From Treponemataceae bacterium (GTDB lineage: Bacteria > Spirochaetota > Spirochaetia > Treponematales > Rectinemataceae): a stretch of DNA of 64,000 nt. Below are positions 29,846 through 40,132 of the stretch, piece after piece (the first letter of the stretch is position 1; each line of letters starts with the position of its first letter). A program made the translations under genes and the position numbers. The notes beneath the pieces are model-generated. The model ran no database searches, was not told where the DNA came from, and worked only from the letters and a program-made list of their open reading frames with translations. The stretch lies in the NCBI GenBank assembly GCA_963678065.2, contig CAXXVZ010000004.1, forward strand, positions 735,414 through 799,413, in the 5' to 3' direction.

Positions 29846-32059
29846 CTAGGTGTTCTGTTGTTTGATCAGGTCTTCCACTCCATGCTGGGCATGTTCCATC
29901 GCTTCCACAGAAGTGATGGCCCCCGATACGGCACTTTTGATCGAAATTCCCAGAGTCTGCTCAAACTTGTGCTCTTCGACTATTCTTCCATTGCTTTCCC
30001 ACATCTCTCGCCTGCGCCCGATGGAAAACCCGTACATCGCGGATTGAAGCCATGGGACCATTTCCATCAACTCATAATTCCGGTACACGGACAAACAGGG
30101 CGATACGCCTCCAAGCAGCGTAAAGGGCACCGAGATGCCTTCCCCGCAAGCCCACTCGATGAAATCATACGCGATATCGCTATTCGCGCTGCTTCGCGAT
30201 ATTCCAAGAGACCCACCACCGATCAGGGGACTTTTCCCGGGTACCTGGGTATATCCGATCATGCCCGCCACCTTCGATTTCTCGATATTAACTATGTCCG
30301 ACGCATGGTTTATGAACATGATCATCATGGCCGCGTTGCCGGAGATGAAATTGTTCACCGAAGTCTTCCACCAGGAATTTTCGGGGATCGGACCCGCGTA
30401 ATTCATGGATTCCTTGTAATTTTCCAGCGCACACACAGCTTCTTTGCTGTTCAAAATGGGGTGTCCATCGCTGTCGAACAAACCCCCGCCAAAGCCAAAC
30501 AGCCGCGGAAGATACTCGCAAACAATTCCGCTGATCGTTCCTATCGTCGAGGTTGTACCGAACTTGACCGGAGAATTGGGATTCAGGCTTTTAGTAAAAA
30601 AAGAGGCGACCCGATTGTACTCTTCAAAAGTGGTCGGCACCGCAAGCTCACTGCGGTAGGTCTCATAATACATGCGCTTCAGCATTGAGTCTTCGAATAG
30701 ATCTTTGCGGTAAAAGAGCAGTTGGACGCTGAGATCAAAAGGTACCGCATATGTTTCTCCTTTTACCATGGAGAAATCTTGTATTATTCCCGGAAGCATC
30801 TGTCCTAAAAGCCTTTTATGATCTCTGGAAAGGCTCTTCAATGGCATCAGGCATTTCCTCTGCAACCATGGCAGCCACACCATATCCAAGCGTATGACAT
30901 CATAGATGCCTTTATCGCCCATCTGGTCGATGACATCGTAGAGTTCGGTGTACGGGAAAACGGCGAACTTCACCTGGACTCCCGTTTTTTGCGTGAAGTC
31001 AGGGGCAAGTTTCATAAGCGCGGAAGCAGAGGGACTTTCGAGCATCAATACGTTCAGCGTTTTGGCTTTCGAGGCGATTTTCTTGCGCGACTCGAGACAT
31101 CTCAGACCATCGCAGGGGAGAATCTGGGCTGCCGGCTCCCTCTTCCCCTCCCCCATGCTATCCATCAGAATCTTTCCGGTTTCCTGCCCAAGCATCCAGC
31201 TGTTCAGACCGTAACGGGCAATCGTATTCTCCCCAGAGACGACGCCCAATGGCGCGAGCGATACGAGCCACGGCATGGGGCCAAATGTGCCCAGGGCGCA
31301 GGCAGACAATACTCCTTCGGCCAGGTTCAGATTGCTGGCGGCAATCGCTTCCGGGCTCACAGCCTCCTTGAAGAATGGAAATGCGGCCCGAAACGCCATC
31401 CCTTTTTCCGATTGGACATGAACCTCCTCCACCTGGATTTCCCGATTCTCTTTCGCCTGTTGCGTGAAGCCCTCATAAAATTCCCGCTCACAGGAATGAA
31501 TGTGCAAGCCGGAAATAATGCCGACTCTGCAAAAGCCTTTTTCAATGAATGCTTTCATGATTTCAGCGCCGGCCGACCTATAATCAAATCCGATATAACC
31601 TGCTTCCCTTTCCGGCCGGCGCTCGACAAAGACAATCTTGATGCCGTTAGATTCCAGCCTGTCATAAACCGGACTCGAACCCGGCAGACAGGTCACGACG
31701 GCAATCCCGTCTATTCTGTTTGCGGCAATCATGTTCAGCGCAAGCTCTTCGCGAGAGGGGATATCCCCCGTCAGGTAGAGTTGCAGGGTGTAGTCATTGC
31801 TTTCCACATGGTTTTTCAGACCCGTGAAAAAGCTGGCAAAATGCGGATTGATGATATCCGGCAATATGACCGCCAAAGACCGCGTGGAACCTTTCCGCAA
31901 CATTTTTGCCTTGGCGTTTATGCTGTACCCAAGTTTCCGCGCAACGTCCTCAACCAGCCTAATTTTCTCCACACTGACATTGCCTTTGCCGTTCAAAATA
32001 TTGGATACTGTCCCGTGGGATACGCCGGCGAGTTTCGCGATATCCTTGATATTTGCCAT
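29846..32059 (-). CDS. LacI-family regulator fused to a C-terminal ABC solute-binding (family 1) domain
   Basis: MANIKDIAKLAGVSHGTVS HTH plus LacI sensor (about aa 1-320); then YDVIRLD, LLFYRKDLF, VPTTFEEY, GGGSLGI SBP motifs; no signal peptide or TM. Confidence 0.9.
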   Translation of the reverse strand: MANIKDIAKLAGVSHGTVSNILNGKGNVSVEKIRLVEDVARKLGYSINAKAKMLRKGSTRSLAVILPDIINPHFASFFTGLKNHVESNDYTLQLYLTGDIPSREELALNMIAANRIDGIAVVTCLPGSSPVYDRLESNGIKIVFVERRPEREAGYIGFDYRSAGAEIMKAFIEKGFCRVGIISGLHIHSCEREFYEGFTQQAKENREIQVEEVHVQSEKGMAFRAAFPFFKEAVSPEAIAASNLNLAEGVLSACALGTFGPMPWLVSLAPLGVVSGENTIARYGLNSWMLGQETGKILMDSMGEGKREPAAQILPCDGLRCLESRKKIASKAKTLNVLMLESPSASALMKLAPDFTQKTGVQVKFAVFPYTELYDVIDQMGDKGIYDVIRLDMVWLPWLQRKCLMPLKSLSRDHKRLLGQMLPGIIQDFSMVKGETYAVPFDLSVQLLFYRKDLFEDSMLKRMYYETYRSELAVPTTFEEYNRVASFFTKSLNPNSPVKFGTTSTIGTISGIVCEYLPRLFGFGGGLFDSDGHPILNSKEAVCALENYKESMNYAGPIPENSWWKTSVNNFISGNAAMMIMFINHASDIVNIEKSKVAGMIGYTQVPGKSPLIGGGSLGISRSSANSDIAYDFIEWACGEGISVPFTLLGGVSPCLSVYRNYELMEMVPWLQSAMYGFSIGRRREMWESNGRIVEEHKFEQTLGISIKSAVSGAITSVEAMEHAQHGVEDLIKQQNT

Positions 32060-32212
32060 TAATGATTCCTCTATAAACACTTATTATTTTATGGATGCTT
32101 CCAAAGGTATGATACAGAGAATAGACGGAAATTTAAAGCTGCTTGTGGTTCAAACGATGTAGCCGGATGTAACCACCTGCGGGAAGGACAGCCCGACTTT
32201 CCAAAGCCGGTA

Positions 32213-33028
32213 TCAGCCCTTCACCGCCCCCATAGTGAGCCCTTTCACGACATACTTCTGGAAAATCATGGTCAGGATGATGGCGGGGGCCATGATGGCC
32301 ACCGCGGCGGCCATGACGGCGCCCCAGTCCACCTCGGCGTAGGATACGAAATTGTAGACCGCTATCGGCAGGGTTTTGGTCTTCTCCATGGAGAGGACCT
32401 GGGAGAACATGAAGTTGTTCCAGGAAAAGATAAAAGAGAGGGTCGTGGCCGTGACGATGCCCGGCCCCGAGACAGGCAGGATGACCGACATGAAGGCGCG
32501 CTGACGCGTCGCTCCGTCCACCATGGCCGATTCCTCGAGCTCTCCCGGTATGCTCTCGAAGTAGCTCGACATGATCCAGACCACGATGGGCAGGGCTATC
32601 AGCATGTGCGAGAGGATGAGGGCGACGTAGCTGTCCATGAGGCCGAGGCGCGAGAATATGATGTACCAGGGCATGAGGAAGGAGATTCCCGGCATGAGGC
32701 GCGCCACGAGTATGAAGACCGAGGTTTTCTTCTGGCCGAAGCGCGCGATGGAATAGGCGGCGGGCAAGCCCAGCAGAAGGGAGAGGGCGACGGCGCTGAC
32801 GCCGATTATCGTCGAATTGACGAAGAAGCGGAAAAAATTCTGCTCCGCGAAAACCTTGACGTAATTCCGGACGGTGGGCGAGAAGATAAATTTCGGGGGC
32901 CAGGAGATGATGTCGACCTGGGTCTTGAAAGATGAGGCGAGCATCCACACGAAGGGAAAGAGTATGGGGACGACGACGGCGACGAGGGCTATCGCGAACA
33001 GGACACGTATACCGGCAGTCTGTTTCAT
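32213..33028 (-). CDS. Carbohydrate ABC transporter permease
   Basis: ELEESAMVDGA; GLTMGAVKG end. Confidence 0.93.
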   Translation of the reverse strand: MKQTAGIRVLFAIALVAVVVPILFPFVWMLASSFKTQVDIISWPPKFIFSPTVRNYVKVFAEQNFFRFFVNSTIIGVSAVALSLLLGLPAAYSIARFGQKKTSVFILVARLMPGISFLMPWYIIFSRLGLMDSYVALILSHMLIALPIVVWIMSSYFESIPGELEESAMVDGATRQRAFMSVILPVSGPGIVTATTLSFIFSWNNFMFSQVLSMEKTKTLPIAVYNFVSYAEVDWGAVMAAAVAIMAPAIILTMIFQKYVVKGLTMGAVKG

Positions 33029-33036
33029 CCCGGACC

Positions 33037-33915
33037 TCAGGCTTCGAAGCGCGCGCGGAGGCGCATGATCCCCATGCTGAACGAGAGCACGAGGGCGAAG
33101 AGGAAGATGAGGACGACCGAGGACTGTCCCATCCTGAAATATTCGAAGCTGTATTTGAAGGCCATGACGTTGAGCGTCTCCGAGGCGTAGCCCGGACCGC
33201 CTCCCGTCATGGCGTAGATGATGTCGAAGGTTTTAAGCACATCTATGGAACGCAGTATCAGAGCGGTGAAAATTGTCGGAGCGACCATGGGGAGGGTTAT
33301 GCGCCACAGGATCTGCAGCTCGCCCGCGCCGTCCACGCGGGCCGATTCGTAGGGTTCGGGCGAAAGTCCCGCAAGACCGGCGAGGACCACGAGGGTGATC
33401 ATGGGGGTCCACTGCCACACATCGACGAGGACGAGAGAGGGGATGACCGTACTGGCCTGCGAAACCCAGGCGGCCGGAGCTACGCCTATCAGGGAGAGGA
33501 TGTAATTCGCAAACCCGATGGTCGGATCGTAGAAGAGGTTCCACACGATGCCGATGGCGACGGGCGTCGCGACGAGGGGCAGGAGGAGAATGAGCTTCAC
33601 GATCCCCTTGCCCGCAAAATCCCGATTGAGAAGGAGGGCGAGGAAGACGCCGAGAAGGGTCTCGGCGAGGACAGCCATGCCGGTGAAGACGAAGGTCCGC
33701 GCGAGCGCCTGGAGGAAACGCGGCTCTGTGAGGACCCGCGCGTAGCTCTTGAACCCCACGAAGCGCAGGGGAGCTCCCGAGGTCAGATTCCAGTTCGTGA
33801 AGCTGAGCATCAGGGTATAGACGACTGGAAAGAGCATCATCACCCCGATGAATGTGAGCGCAGGGAGCGGGAACAAGATTTTCAGATTCCGCTCGAAAAA
33901 TCCGCTTTTGACCAT
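33037..33915 (-). CDS. Carbohydrate ABC transporter permease
   Basis: WQWTP, YESARVDGA, LKTFD, TGGGPG. Confidence 0.93.
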   Translation of the reverse strand: MVKSGFFERNLKILFPLPALTFIGVMMLFPVVYTLMLSFTNWNLTSGAPLRFVGFKSYARVLTEPRFLQALARTFVFTGMAVLAETLLGVFLALLLNRDFAGKGIVKLILLLPLVATPVAIGIVWNLFYDPTIGFANYILSLIGVAPAAWVSQASTVIPSLVLVDVWQWTPMITLVVLAGLAGLSPEPYESARVDGAGELQILWRITLPMVAPTIFTALILRSIDVLKTFDIIYAMTGGGPGYASETLNVMAFKYSFEYFRMGQSSVVLIFLFALVLSFSMGIMRLRARFEA

Positions 33916-34027
33916 CAAAATTCCCGCCTTGGAGAGTGTGCTGCTCGACGACTTCAGCAATCGCAGAGGGGCCGGGCCTGAGGCAGGCCTGCCAGCCCGG
34001 ACCCCTGCGGAGTATTTCGGGAAAAAA

Positions 34028-35278
34028 TCAGTAGACGCCGTATTCTCCGGTGTCCTCGAGGAGCTCGTTCACCGCGGCGACCTTATCCTTGGCCATCTTT
34101 TCAAGATTGGCCGAAGTTCCCGAGGTATTGATCGACTCGATGATGACTTCGCCGATGCGGTCGCGGGCCTCGCCGACGGCGCTCATGTATGGCCTGTCGA
34201 AGGGGTTGCCGTTCTTTGCGGCGTAGGCCTGGGTTTCGATGAGGCCGGGGTTTACCTTGGAGCGGACTTCGGGATCGTTCCAGGCCGAGAGGCTCGCCAT
34301 CGTGATGTTGGCGAGCAGGCCCTTCTTGGCGAGTTCCTTGCTGGTGGCCCAGGTGATGAACTGCCTGGCGAGGTCCTTGTGCGTGGACTGCTTCGCGATG
34401 CCCATGCCCCAGGACACGACGATGAAAGGCGTGTTCTGCTTGGGTCCTGCGGGGAAATTGGCGATGCCGACATTCTCGGCCGGAACCTGGGATTTGGCCG
34501 GATCGACGATCTGGCCGTAGAACACCGAGGCGTCCGTCCACATGGCGATCTTGCCTGCCTGGAAGAGCGGCATGATGTTTTCCCAGGACATGGAGGTCAC
34601 GCCCGCGGGGCCGTAGTTGCCGAGCATCTTGCCGTAGAAACGGGTGGCGTCCAGGGCTTCCTTGGAGTTGAAGACGGCCACACCCTTGTCGAGATAGGCT
34701 CCGCCGTAATTGTAGATGTAGCTGGAGAGCTGGGTGACGGCGGCGGCGCCCTTACCGCGGGATGCGAAACCGGCGACATCGGGGGTCTTGAGAGCTTTGG
34801 CGGCGGCCTCGAGTTCGGTGAATGTCGTCGGAACGGCGATGCCCGCCTTCTTGAGCAGGTCTTTTCTATAATAAAGAACCTGCCACTCGGTGACGAGGGG
34901 AACGATGTAGGCCTTGCTTCCGAACATGGCCACGCCCATCGCGTTCTTGGGCAGATCGGAGAAGTTATAGCCCGTGAGCGGCTCGTACCATCCGTTCTTG
35001 TAGAACATCTTGCCTTCCTGCAGGGGACGGGTCATGAACACGTCCACGGTGGAGGAGCGGGTCGCGAACTCGGTCGTGAGCTTGGTCGTGAGCTGGCTCT
35101 CCTGCAGGCTCTCCACGTTGACCTTGATTCCCGTGGCTTTTTCGAACTCGGGGATCTGGGTCTTGAGAAGGTCGCCGTAGGGATGGTTGGCGAGAAGGAC
35201 GCGAATTTCCTTGGCCTGAGCGCCCGCCGAAAGGACGGCCGCGAGGGTGAGGGTCACGATAGCGAGTCTGATTTTCAT
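34028..35278 (-). CDS. Sugar ABC transporter substrate-binding protein
   Basis: Signal peptide; FEKATGIKV, LYYRKDLL, VPTT; SD AGGAGG. Confidence 0.93.
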   Translation of the reverse strand: MKIRLAIVTLTLAAVLSAGAQAKEIRVLLANHPYGDLLKTQIPEFEKATGIKVNVESLQESQLTTKLTTEFATRSSTVDVFMTRPLQEGKMFYKNGWYEPLTGYNFSDLPKNAMGVAMFGSKAYIVPLVTEWQVLYYRKDLLKKAGIAVPTTFTELEAAAKALKTPDVAGFASRGKGAAAVTQLSSYIYNYGGAYLDKGVAVFNSKEALDATRFYGKMLGNYGPAGVTSMSWENIMPLFQAGKIAMWTDASVFYGQIVDPAKSQVPAENVGIANFPAGPKQNTPFIVVSWGMGIAKQSTHKDLARQFITWATSKELAKKGLLANITMASLSAWNDPEVRSKVNPGLIETQAYAAKNGNPFDRPYMSAVGEARDRIGEVIIESINTSGTSANLEKMAKDKVAAVNELLEDTGEYGVY

Positions 35279-35317
35279 CGATGCCTCCTGAAAATGACAA
35301 TTCTGTAGACAATTGTG

Positions 35318-35400
35318 ATTATCCCATCTCTTTTTTAAGGCGTCAAGACATGAATTGAAACTTTTTTCCAGTTGAAAGATTTTTTCTTTCACTCTATACT
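35318..35400. promoter_or_regulatory. Divergent sigma70 promoters with two tandem candidate RpiR operators
   Basis: Minus: TTGACG-17-GATAAT (35318-35346); plus: TTGAAA-17-TATACT (35372-35400); TGAAA-N5-TT(C/T)C(A/T) at 35356-35370 and 35373-35387. Confidence 0.65.
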
Positions 35401-35484
35401 TATCGAAACGATCCGACGGTATGGTGCCGGAAGCCCACGAACGGCAGTCGGAGCAATCAGGTCGTCTGTCTTCGGGAGGTCGCG

Positions 35485-36327
35485 ATGAGTGCGCACAGCT
35501 GTATCTACGGCATCCACAGTCTCATGGACTCGTTCAGCGAGAAAGAGAGGAAGGTGGCCGACTATATCATCGCGAATCCGGCGGGAGCCGTCCATCCGAG
35601 CATAGAGGAGCTCGCGGAGACTATCGGCGTCTCGGAATCCACCCTCGTGCGCTTCGTCCGCAAACTCGGATACGGCGGATACCAGCAGTTTCGCATCGCC
35701 CTCGCGACGGAGACGGTTTCGCCGGATTCCCTCGTCTACGAGGCACCGGTCGGAGCCTACGGCGACGACGCGGCCATCGTCTTCGGTTCAGCCATCAACA
35801 CCCTCGAGCTGACGCTCAAGTCCCTCTCGCGCGAAAGCCTGAGCCGCATTGCCCGCGCAGCTGTCGACGCGAGGAGAATCGTGTTCTTCGGACTCGGCGG
35901 ATCGGGCCTCGTCGCGCGGGACGCCTGCCACAAGCTCATCCGCTCGGGGCTGACCTGCATCGCTGCGGAGGACTTCCACCTCCAGCTCATGATAGCCTCA
36001 CAGTCCGGGCCGGAGGATCTCGCCATCGTGGTATCGCACACCGGAGCGAACAAAGACGCGCTCGCGCTCGCCGAAGAGGTCAAGAAGACGGGATGCAGAG
36101 TCGTCGTCATAACATCGAACCCCCGATCTCCCCTCGCAAAGCTCGCCGACGAACTCCTCGTCTCCGTAGCCCCGGCGACGACTCCGGTATCCGAGGCTTT
36201 TTCCGCGAGGATAGCGCAGCTCGCCATCATCGACACATTCTATGTCAAAGTAATGGAAATACTGGGTCAGAACGGACTCGAGAGCATCGAGCGGATGCGC
36301 TCATCGATAGCAGGGCGCAGGACCTGA
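35485..36327 (+). CDS. RpiR/MurR-family transcriptional regulator
   Basis: SIEELAETIGVSESTLVRFVRKLGYGGY HTH; SIS domain (GLGGSG, VSHTG). Confidence 0.95.
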   Translation: MSAHSCIYGIHSLMDSFSEKERKVADYIIANPAGAVHPSIEELAETIGVSESTLVRFVRKLGYGGYQQFRIALATETVSPDSLVYEAPVGAYGDDAAIVFGSAINTLELTLKSLSRESLSRIARAAVDARRIVFFGLGGSGLVARDACHKLIRSGLTCIAAEDFHLQLMIASQSGPEDLAIVVSHTGANKDALALAEEVKKTGCRVVVITSNPRSPLAKLADELLVSVAPATTPVSEAFSARIAQLAIIDTFYVKVMEILGQNGLESIERMRSSIAGRRT

Positions 36328-36357
36328 AGGGTCCTCTTCGCACCGGAAGGAGTTTGC

Positions 36358-37890
36358 ATGAAAGAGGGTAAAAAGGCCGACATCGGCCTCGTCGGCCTCG
36401 CGGTGATGGGCGAGAACCTCGTTCTCAACATGGAATCCAAGGGCTTCACCGTGGCGGTCTACAACAGGACGACGACGCGCGTGGACGAGTTCGTCGCGGG
36501 ACGCGGCGCAGGCAGGAACATTGTCGGGACGCACTCGCTCGCCGAGCTCGCGGGAAACCTCGAGAGGCCGCGCAAGGTCATGATGATGGTCAAGGCAGGC
36601 GCAGCGGTGGATTCGACGATAGACCAGCTCGTCGCCGCGCTCGAGCCGGGAGACGTCATCATCGACGGCGGGAACTCCAACTACGAGGACACGATACGCA
36701 GGGCCGCCAGGCTCGAAAAAGCCGGATTCCTCTTTGTCGGGACGGGCGTCTCGGGCGGAGAAGAGGGCGCACTCACGGGCCCGTCGATCATGCCCGGCGG
36801 CACCGAGGCGGCCTGGCCTCTCGTCGCGCCCATCCTCCGCGCCATAGCAGCAAAGGTGGAGGACGGGTCGCCCTGCTGCGACTGGGTCGGCTCCGACGGG
36901 GCCGGTCATTTCGTCAAGATGGTCCACAACGGGATCGAGTACGGCGACATGCAGCTCATCGCGGAGGTCTACCAGATTATGCGCGACCTCCTCGGGCTCT
37001 CCTACGCCGAGATGCGCGCCGCCTTCGACGAGTGGAACTCAGGCGAGCTCGACAGCTATCTCATAGAGATCACCCGCGACATCCTCGGATTCGCGGACGA
37101 AGACGGTGGCCCCCTCGTGGAGAAGATCCTCGACACGGCGGGGCAGAAGGGCACGGGCAAGTGGGCGGGCATAAACGCCCTCGACCTCGGCGTGCCGCTC
37201 ACCCTCATCGGAGAGGCCGTCTTTGCGCGCTGTCTCTCAGCCGTCAAGGACGAGCGGGTCGCGGCCGCGAAAGTCCTGAAGTCAGCCGGGATCGGTGCGG
37301 ACGCAAGGGCTGTGTCGGGGAGCGGCGGAACCAGACTGAACGGCGCGGCTCCGGCGGGACCGGCGCTTTCCTCCGCCGAAAAAGCCTCCATGGTCGACGC
37401 GCTTCGCGACGCCCTCTTCGCCTCCAAGATCGTCTCCTATGCCCAGGGCTTCCTCCTCATGAAGGAGGCGGCGAAGGAGCACGGATGGAAGCTCGACTAC
37501 GGCGCCATCGCCCTCATGTGGCGCGGCGGCTGCATCATCCGCTCCGTTTTCCTGGACAGGATCAAGCGGGCCTTCGACGCGGACGCGCAGATCCCCAACC
37601 TCCTCGTCGATCCCTTCTTCGCCGGAAAGACAATTGCCTGCGCCCCAGGCTGGCGCAAAGTCGTCGCCGCGGCTGTCACGGCAGGAATCCCCACACCCGC
37701 GCTCTCGGCCGCCCTCGCCTACTTCGACGGCTACCGCTGCGCGCGGCTGCCGGCCAACCTCGTCCAGGCCCAGCGCGACTATTTCGGAGCCCACACCTAC
37801 GAACGGACGGACAGGCCGCGCGGCGAGTTCTTCCACACCAACTGGACGGGCCGTGGCGGCACGACGAGCGCCTCGACCTACTCAGTCTGA
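36358..37890 (+). CDS. gnd: 6-phosphogluconate dehydrogenase (decarboxylating, NADP)
   Basis: GLAVMG, YNRT, VSGGEEGA, KMVHNGIEY, QKGTGKW, QRDYFGAHTY. Confidence 0.97.
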   Translation: MKEGKKADIGLVGLAVMGENLVLNMESKGFTVAVYNRTTTRVDEFVAGRGAGRNIVGTHSLAELAGNLERPRKVMMMVKAGAAVDSTIDQLVAALEPGDVIIDGGNSNYEDTIRRAARLEKAGFLFVGTGVSGGEEGALTGPSIMPGGTEAAWPLVAPILRAIAAKVEDGSPCCDWVGSDGAGHFVKMVHNGIEYGDMQLIAEVYQIMRDLLGLSYAEMRAAFDEWNSGELDSYLIEITRDILGFADEDGGPLVEKILDTAGQKGTGKWAGINALDLGVPLTLIGEAVFARCLSAVKDERVAAAKVLKSAGIGADARAVSGSGGTRLNGAAPAGPALSSAEKASMVDALRDALFASKIVSYAQGFLLMKEAAKEHGWKLDYGAIALMWRGGCIIRSVFLDRIKRAFDADAQIPNLLVDPFFAGKTIACAPGWRKVVAAAVTAGIPTPALSAALAYFDGYRCARLPANLVQAQRDYFGAHTYERTDRPRGEFFHTNWTGRGGTTSASTYSV

Positions 37891-37939
37891 GGCGGATCGA
37901 CCCCATCCTCAATCGAGGCCCAAAGGAGTTCATGACTAT

Positions 37940-39025
37940 ATGGCAACACTGAAAATTCCCGGCGCCGCCGGGAAAAAACACGATTTTCTCGCGCTCGGAG
38001 CCCTCGTCACCCGCCTGGACCCGGGCATCGTCCCCTTCGAGTTCGCCGATCGCTACGACATCCATGTCTCTGGCGGAGAGTACAACGTCGCGGCGAACCT
38101 CGCCCGCTGCTTCGGCATGAAATCGGCCCTGGCCTCCGCGATGGTGGACTACCCCATCGGCCGCAAGATCGAGGGCGAAGTCCGCCGCATGGGCGTGGAA
38201 GGCTACTACAGGAGATTCGCGCACAACGGGGTGAACGGTCCCAACATGGCCCAGGTCTGGAGCGACAGGGGTCAGGGTGTACGCGCGCCCGTCGTCTTCT
38301 ACAACCGCGCCAATGAGGCCGCGGCTCTGCTCGCGCCGGGGAGCTTCGACTGGAATTCCATTTTCGGAGGCGGCATCAGGTGGTTCCACTCGGGCGGCAT
38401 CTTCTCCGCCCTCTCCGGGAGCCTTCCCGACCTCGTCATAGAGGGCATGAAGGCCGCGCGCGCGGCGGGCGCCGTCGTCTCCTTTGACCTCAACTTCCGG
38501 GCCAAGCTCTGGAACCTCGTCGGGGGCGTCGAGAAGGCGCAGGAAACGCTCGGCCGGATCGTGGAGAATGTCGACGTCCTCGTCGGCAACGAGGAAGACC
38601 TTCAGCTCGGGCTCGGCCTGAAAGGGCCGGAAGTCGGCGCCAAGTCCAAGCTCGACACCGGGGCCTTCTTCGGCATGATGGGCGAGGTGGCGCGGCGCTT
38701 TCCGAGCGTCTCGGCCGTCGCGACGACGCTGCGCGAGGTGCACTCCACGAACAGGCACTCGTGGAGCGCCGTCCTCTGGCTCGACGGCGAAGGCTACAAG
38801 GCCCCGGTCTGCGAGCTCGACGTCTACGACAGGGTCGGCGGCGGCGACGGCTTCGCCGCGGGACTCATCTACGGCCTCCTCTCCGGGCGCAACCCCGGGG
38901 AAGCGCTGAAGCTCGGCTGGGCCCACGGGGCCCTCGTCACGACCTACCCCGGAGACACGACCATGGCGACCCTCGCTCAGGTCGAGGCTTTCGCGGCGGG
39001 CGGCTCTGCGCGCATCCAGCGCTAG
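37940..39025 (+). CDS. PfkB-family sugar kinase (2-keto-3-deoxygluconate kinase-like)
   Basis: GGEYNVA, FDLNFRAKLW, GNEED, DRVGGGDGF. Confidence 0.85.
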   Translation: MATLKIPGAAGKKHDFLALGALVTRLDPGIVPFEFADRYDIHVSGGEYNVAANLARCFGMKSALASAMVDYPIGRKIEGEVRRMGVEGYYRRFAHNGVNGPNMAQVWSDRGQGVRAPVVFYNRANEAAALLAPGSFDWNSIFGGGIRWFHSGGIFSALSGSLPDLVIEGMKAARAAGAVVSFDLNFRAKLWNLVGGVEKAQETLGRIVENVDVLVGNEEDLQLGLGLKGPEVGAKSKLDTGAFFGMMGEVARRFPSVSAVATTLREVHSTNRHSWSAVLWLDGEGYKAPVCELDVYDRVGGGDGFAAGLIYGLLSGRNPGEALKLGWAHGALVTTYPGDTTMATLAQVEAFAAGGSARIQR

Positions 39026-39091
39026 GAGTTCCGCCATGGCGGGCCACCCGGAACGGCGGCGCCCGGTGGCAGCTTCAAAAGTGAGGTTTTC

Positions 39092-40132
39092 ATGAAGGCC
39101 CTCGTTCTCGACGATTATATGAAATTCGTCTACCGCGATGTCCCCGACCCGGTCCTCCGGGACGACAAGGACATTCTCGTCAGGGTAAAAGCCGCTTCGA
39201 TCTGCGGCTCCGACGTCCACGGCATGGACGGGTCCACAGGCCGGCGCGTGCCCCCCGTCATCATGGGGCACGAGGCCTCGGGAGTCATCGAGGCCGTAGG
39301 CGCGGGAGTCGGGCGCTTCCGTCCGGGGGAGGCGGTCACCTTCGACTCGACCGAGTACTGCGGAGAATGTTTCCACTGCCGCCGCGGCGAGATGAACCTC
39401 TGCGACAACAGGAAGGTACTCGGCGTCTCCTGCGCGGAGTACCGGCGCGACGGCACCTTCGCGGAATACGTCGTCGTGCCCGAACGGATCGCCTACGCCA
39501 TGCCGGAGGGACTCGACTTCGTCGACGCCTCCCTCGCCGAACCGGCGGCAGTGGCCGCGCACGCGGCCGCGATCACGCCCATCGCGCTCGGGGATACGCT
39601 CGTCGTCGTCGGGACGGGCCTCATCGGCCTCCTCCTCATCCAGATTCTGCGCGCGAGCTCGGCGGGAAGGATCATCGCGTTGGACACCGACTCCGCGCGG
39701 AGGCAGACCGCCCTGCGCTTCGGGGCCGATGCCGCCTTCGATCCGGCCGATCCCGCCACGGCAGCCGCGGTGCGCAGCCTCAGCGCAGGCCGGGGAGCCG
39801 ACCGCTCCTTCGAGGCAGTCGGCGCGAGCGCCCCGATCAGGACAGCCATAGACCTGACCCGCAAGGGCGGCTCAGTCACCCTCATAGGCAACGTGAGCCC
39901 CAGCGTGGAGATTCCGCTCCAGTCCGTCGTGACTCGGCAGATCAGCCTTCTCGGCTCCTGCGCCATGGCGGGCGAATATCCTGTCGTCCTCGACCTCATG
40001 GCGAGGAAGAAGATCGACGTGCGCGCCCTCGTAAGCGCGACGGCTCCGCTGTCCGACGGAGCCTCGTGGTTCGGTCGCCTCTACGCTCGGGAAAACGGTC
40101 TTCTCAAAGTCGTGCTGGAGCCCTTTGCATGA
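39092..40132 (+). CDS. Zn-dependent sugar/polyol dehydrogenase (MDR family)
   Basis: ICGSD, GHE, CGECFHC...C, GTGLIG. Confidence 0.9.
   Translation: MKALVLDDYMKFVYRDVPDPVLRDDKDILVRVKAASICGSDVHGMDGSTGRRVPPVIMGHEASGVIEAVGAGVGRFRPGEAVTFDSTEYCGECFHCRRGEMNLCDNRKVLGVSCAEYRRDGTFAEYVVVPERIAYAMPEGLDFVDASLAEPAAVAAHAAAITPIALGDTLVVVGTGLIGLLLIQILRASSAGRIIALDTDSARRQTALRFGADAAFDPADPATAAAVRSLSAGRGADRSFEAVGASAPIRTAIDLTRKGGSVTLIGNVSPSVEIPLQSVVTRQISLLGSCAMAGEYPVVLDLMARKKIDVRALVSATAPLSDGASWFGRLYARENGLLKVVLEPFA

Noticed and set aside
37676..39562. Long antisense or alternate-frame ORFs (e.g. 628 aa here, 600 aa at 52163-53965, 486 aa at 8209-9669)
   Set aside because: Shadow ORFs of high-GC3 genes; they overlap well-supported genes and show no family motifs
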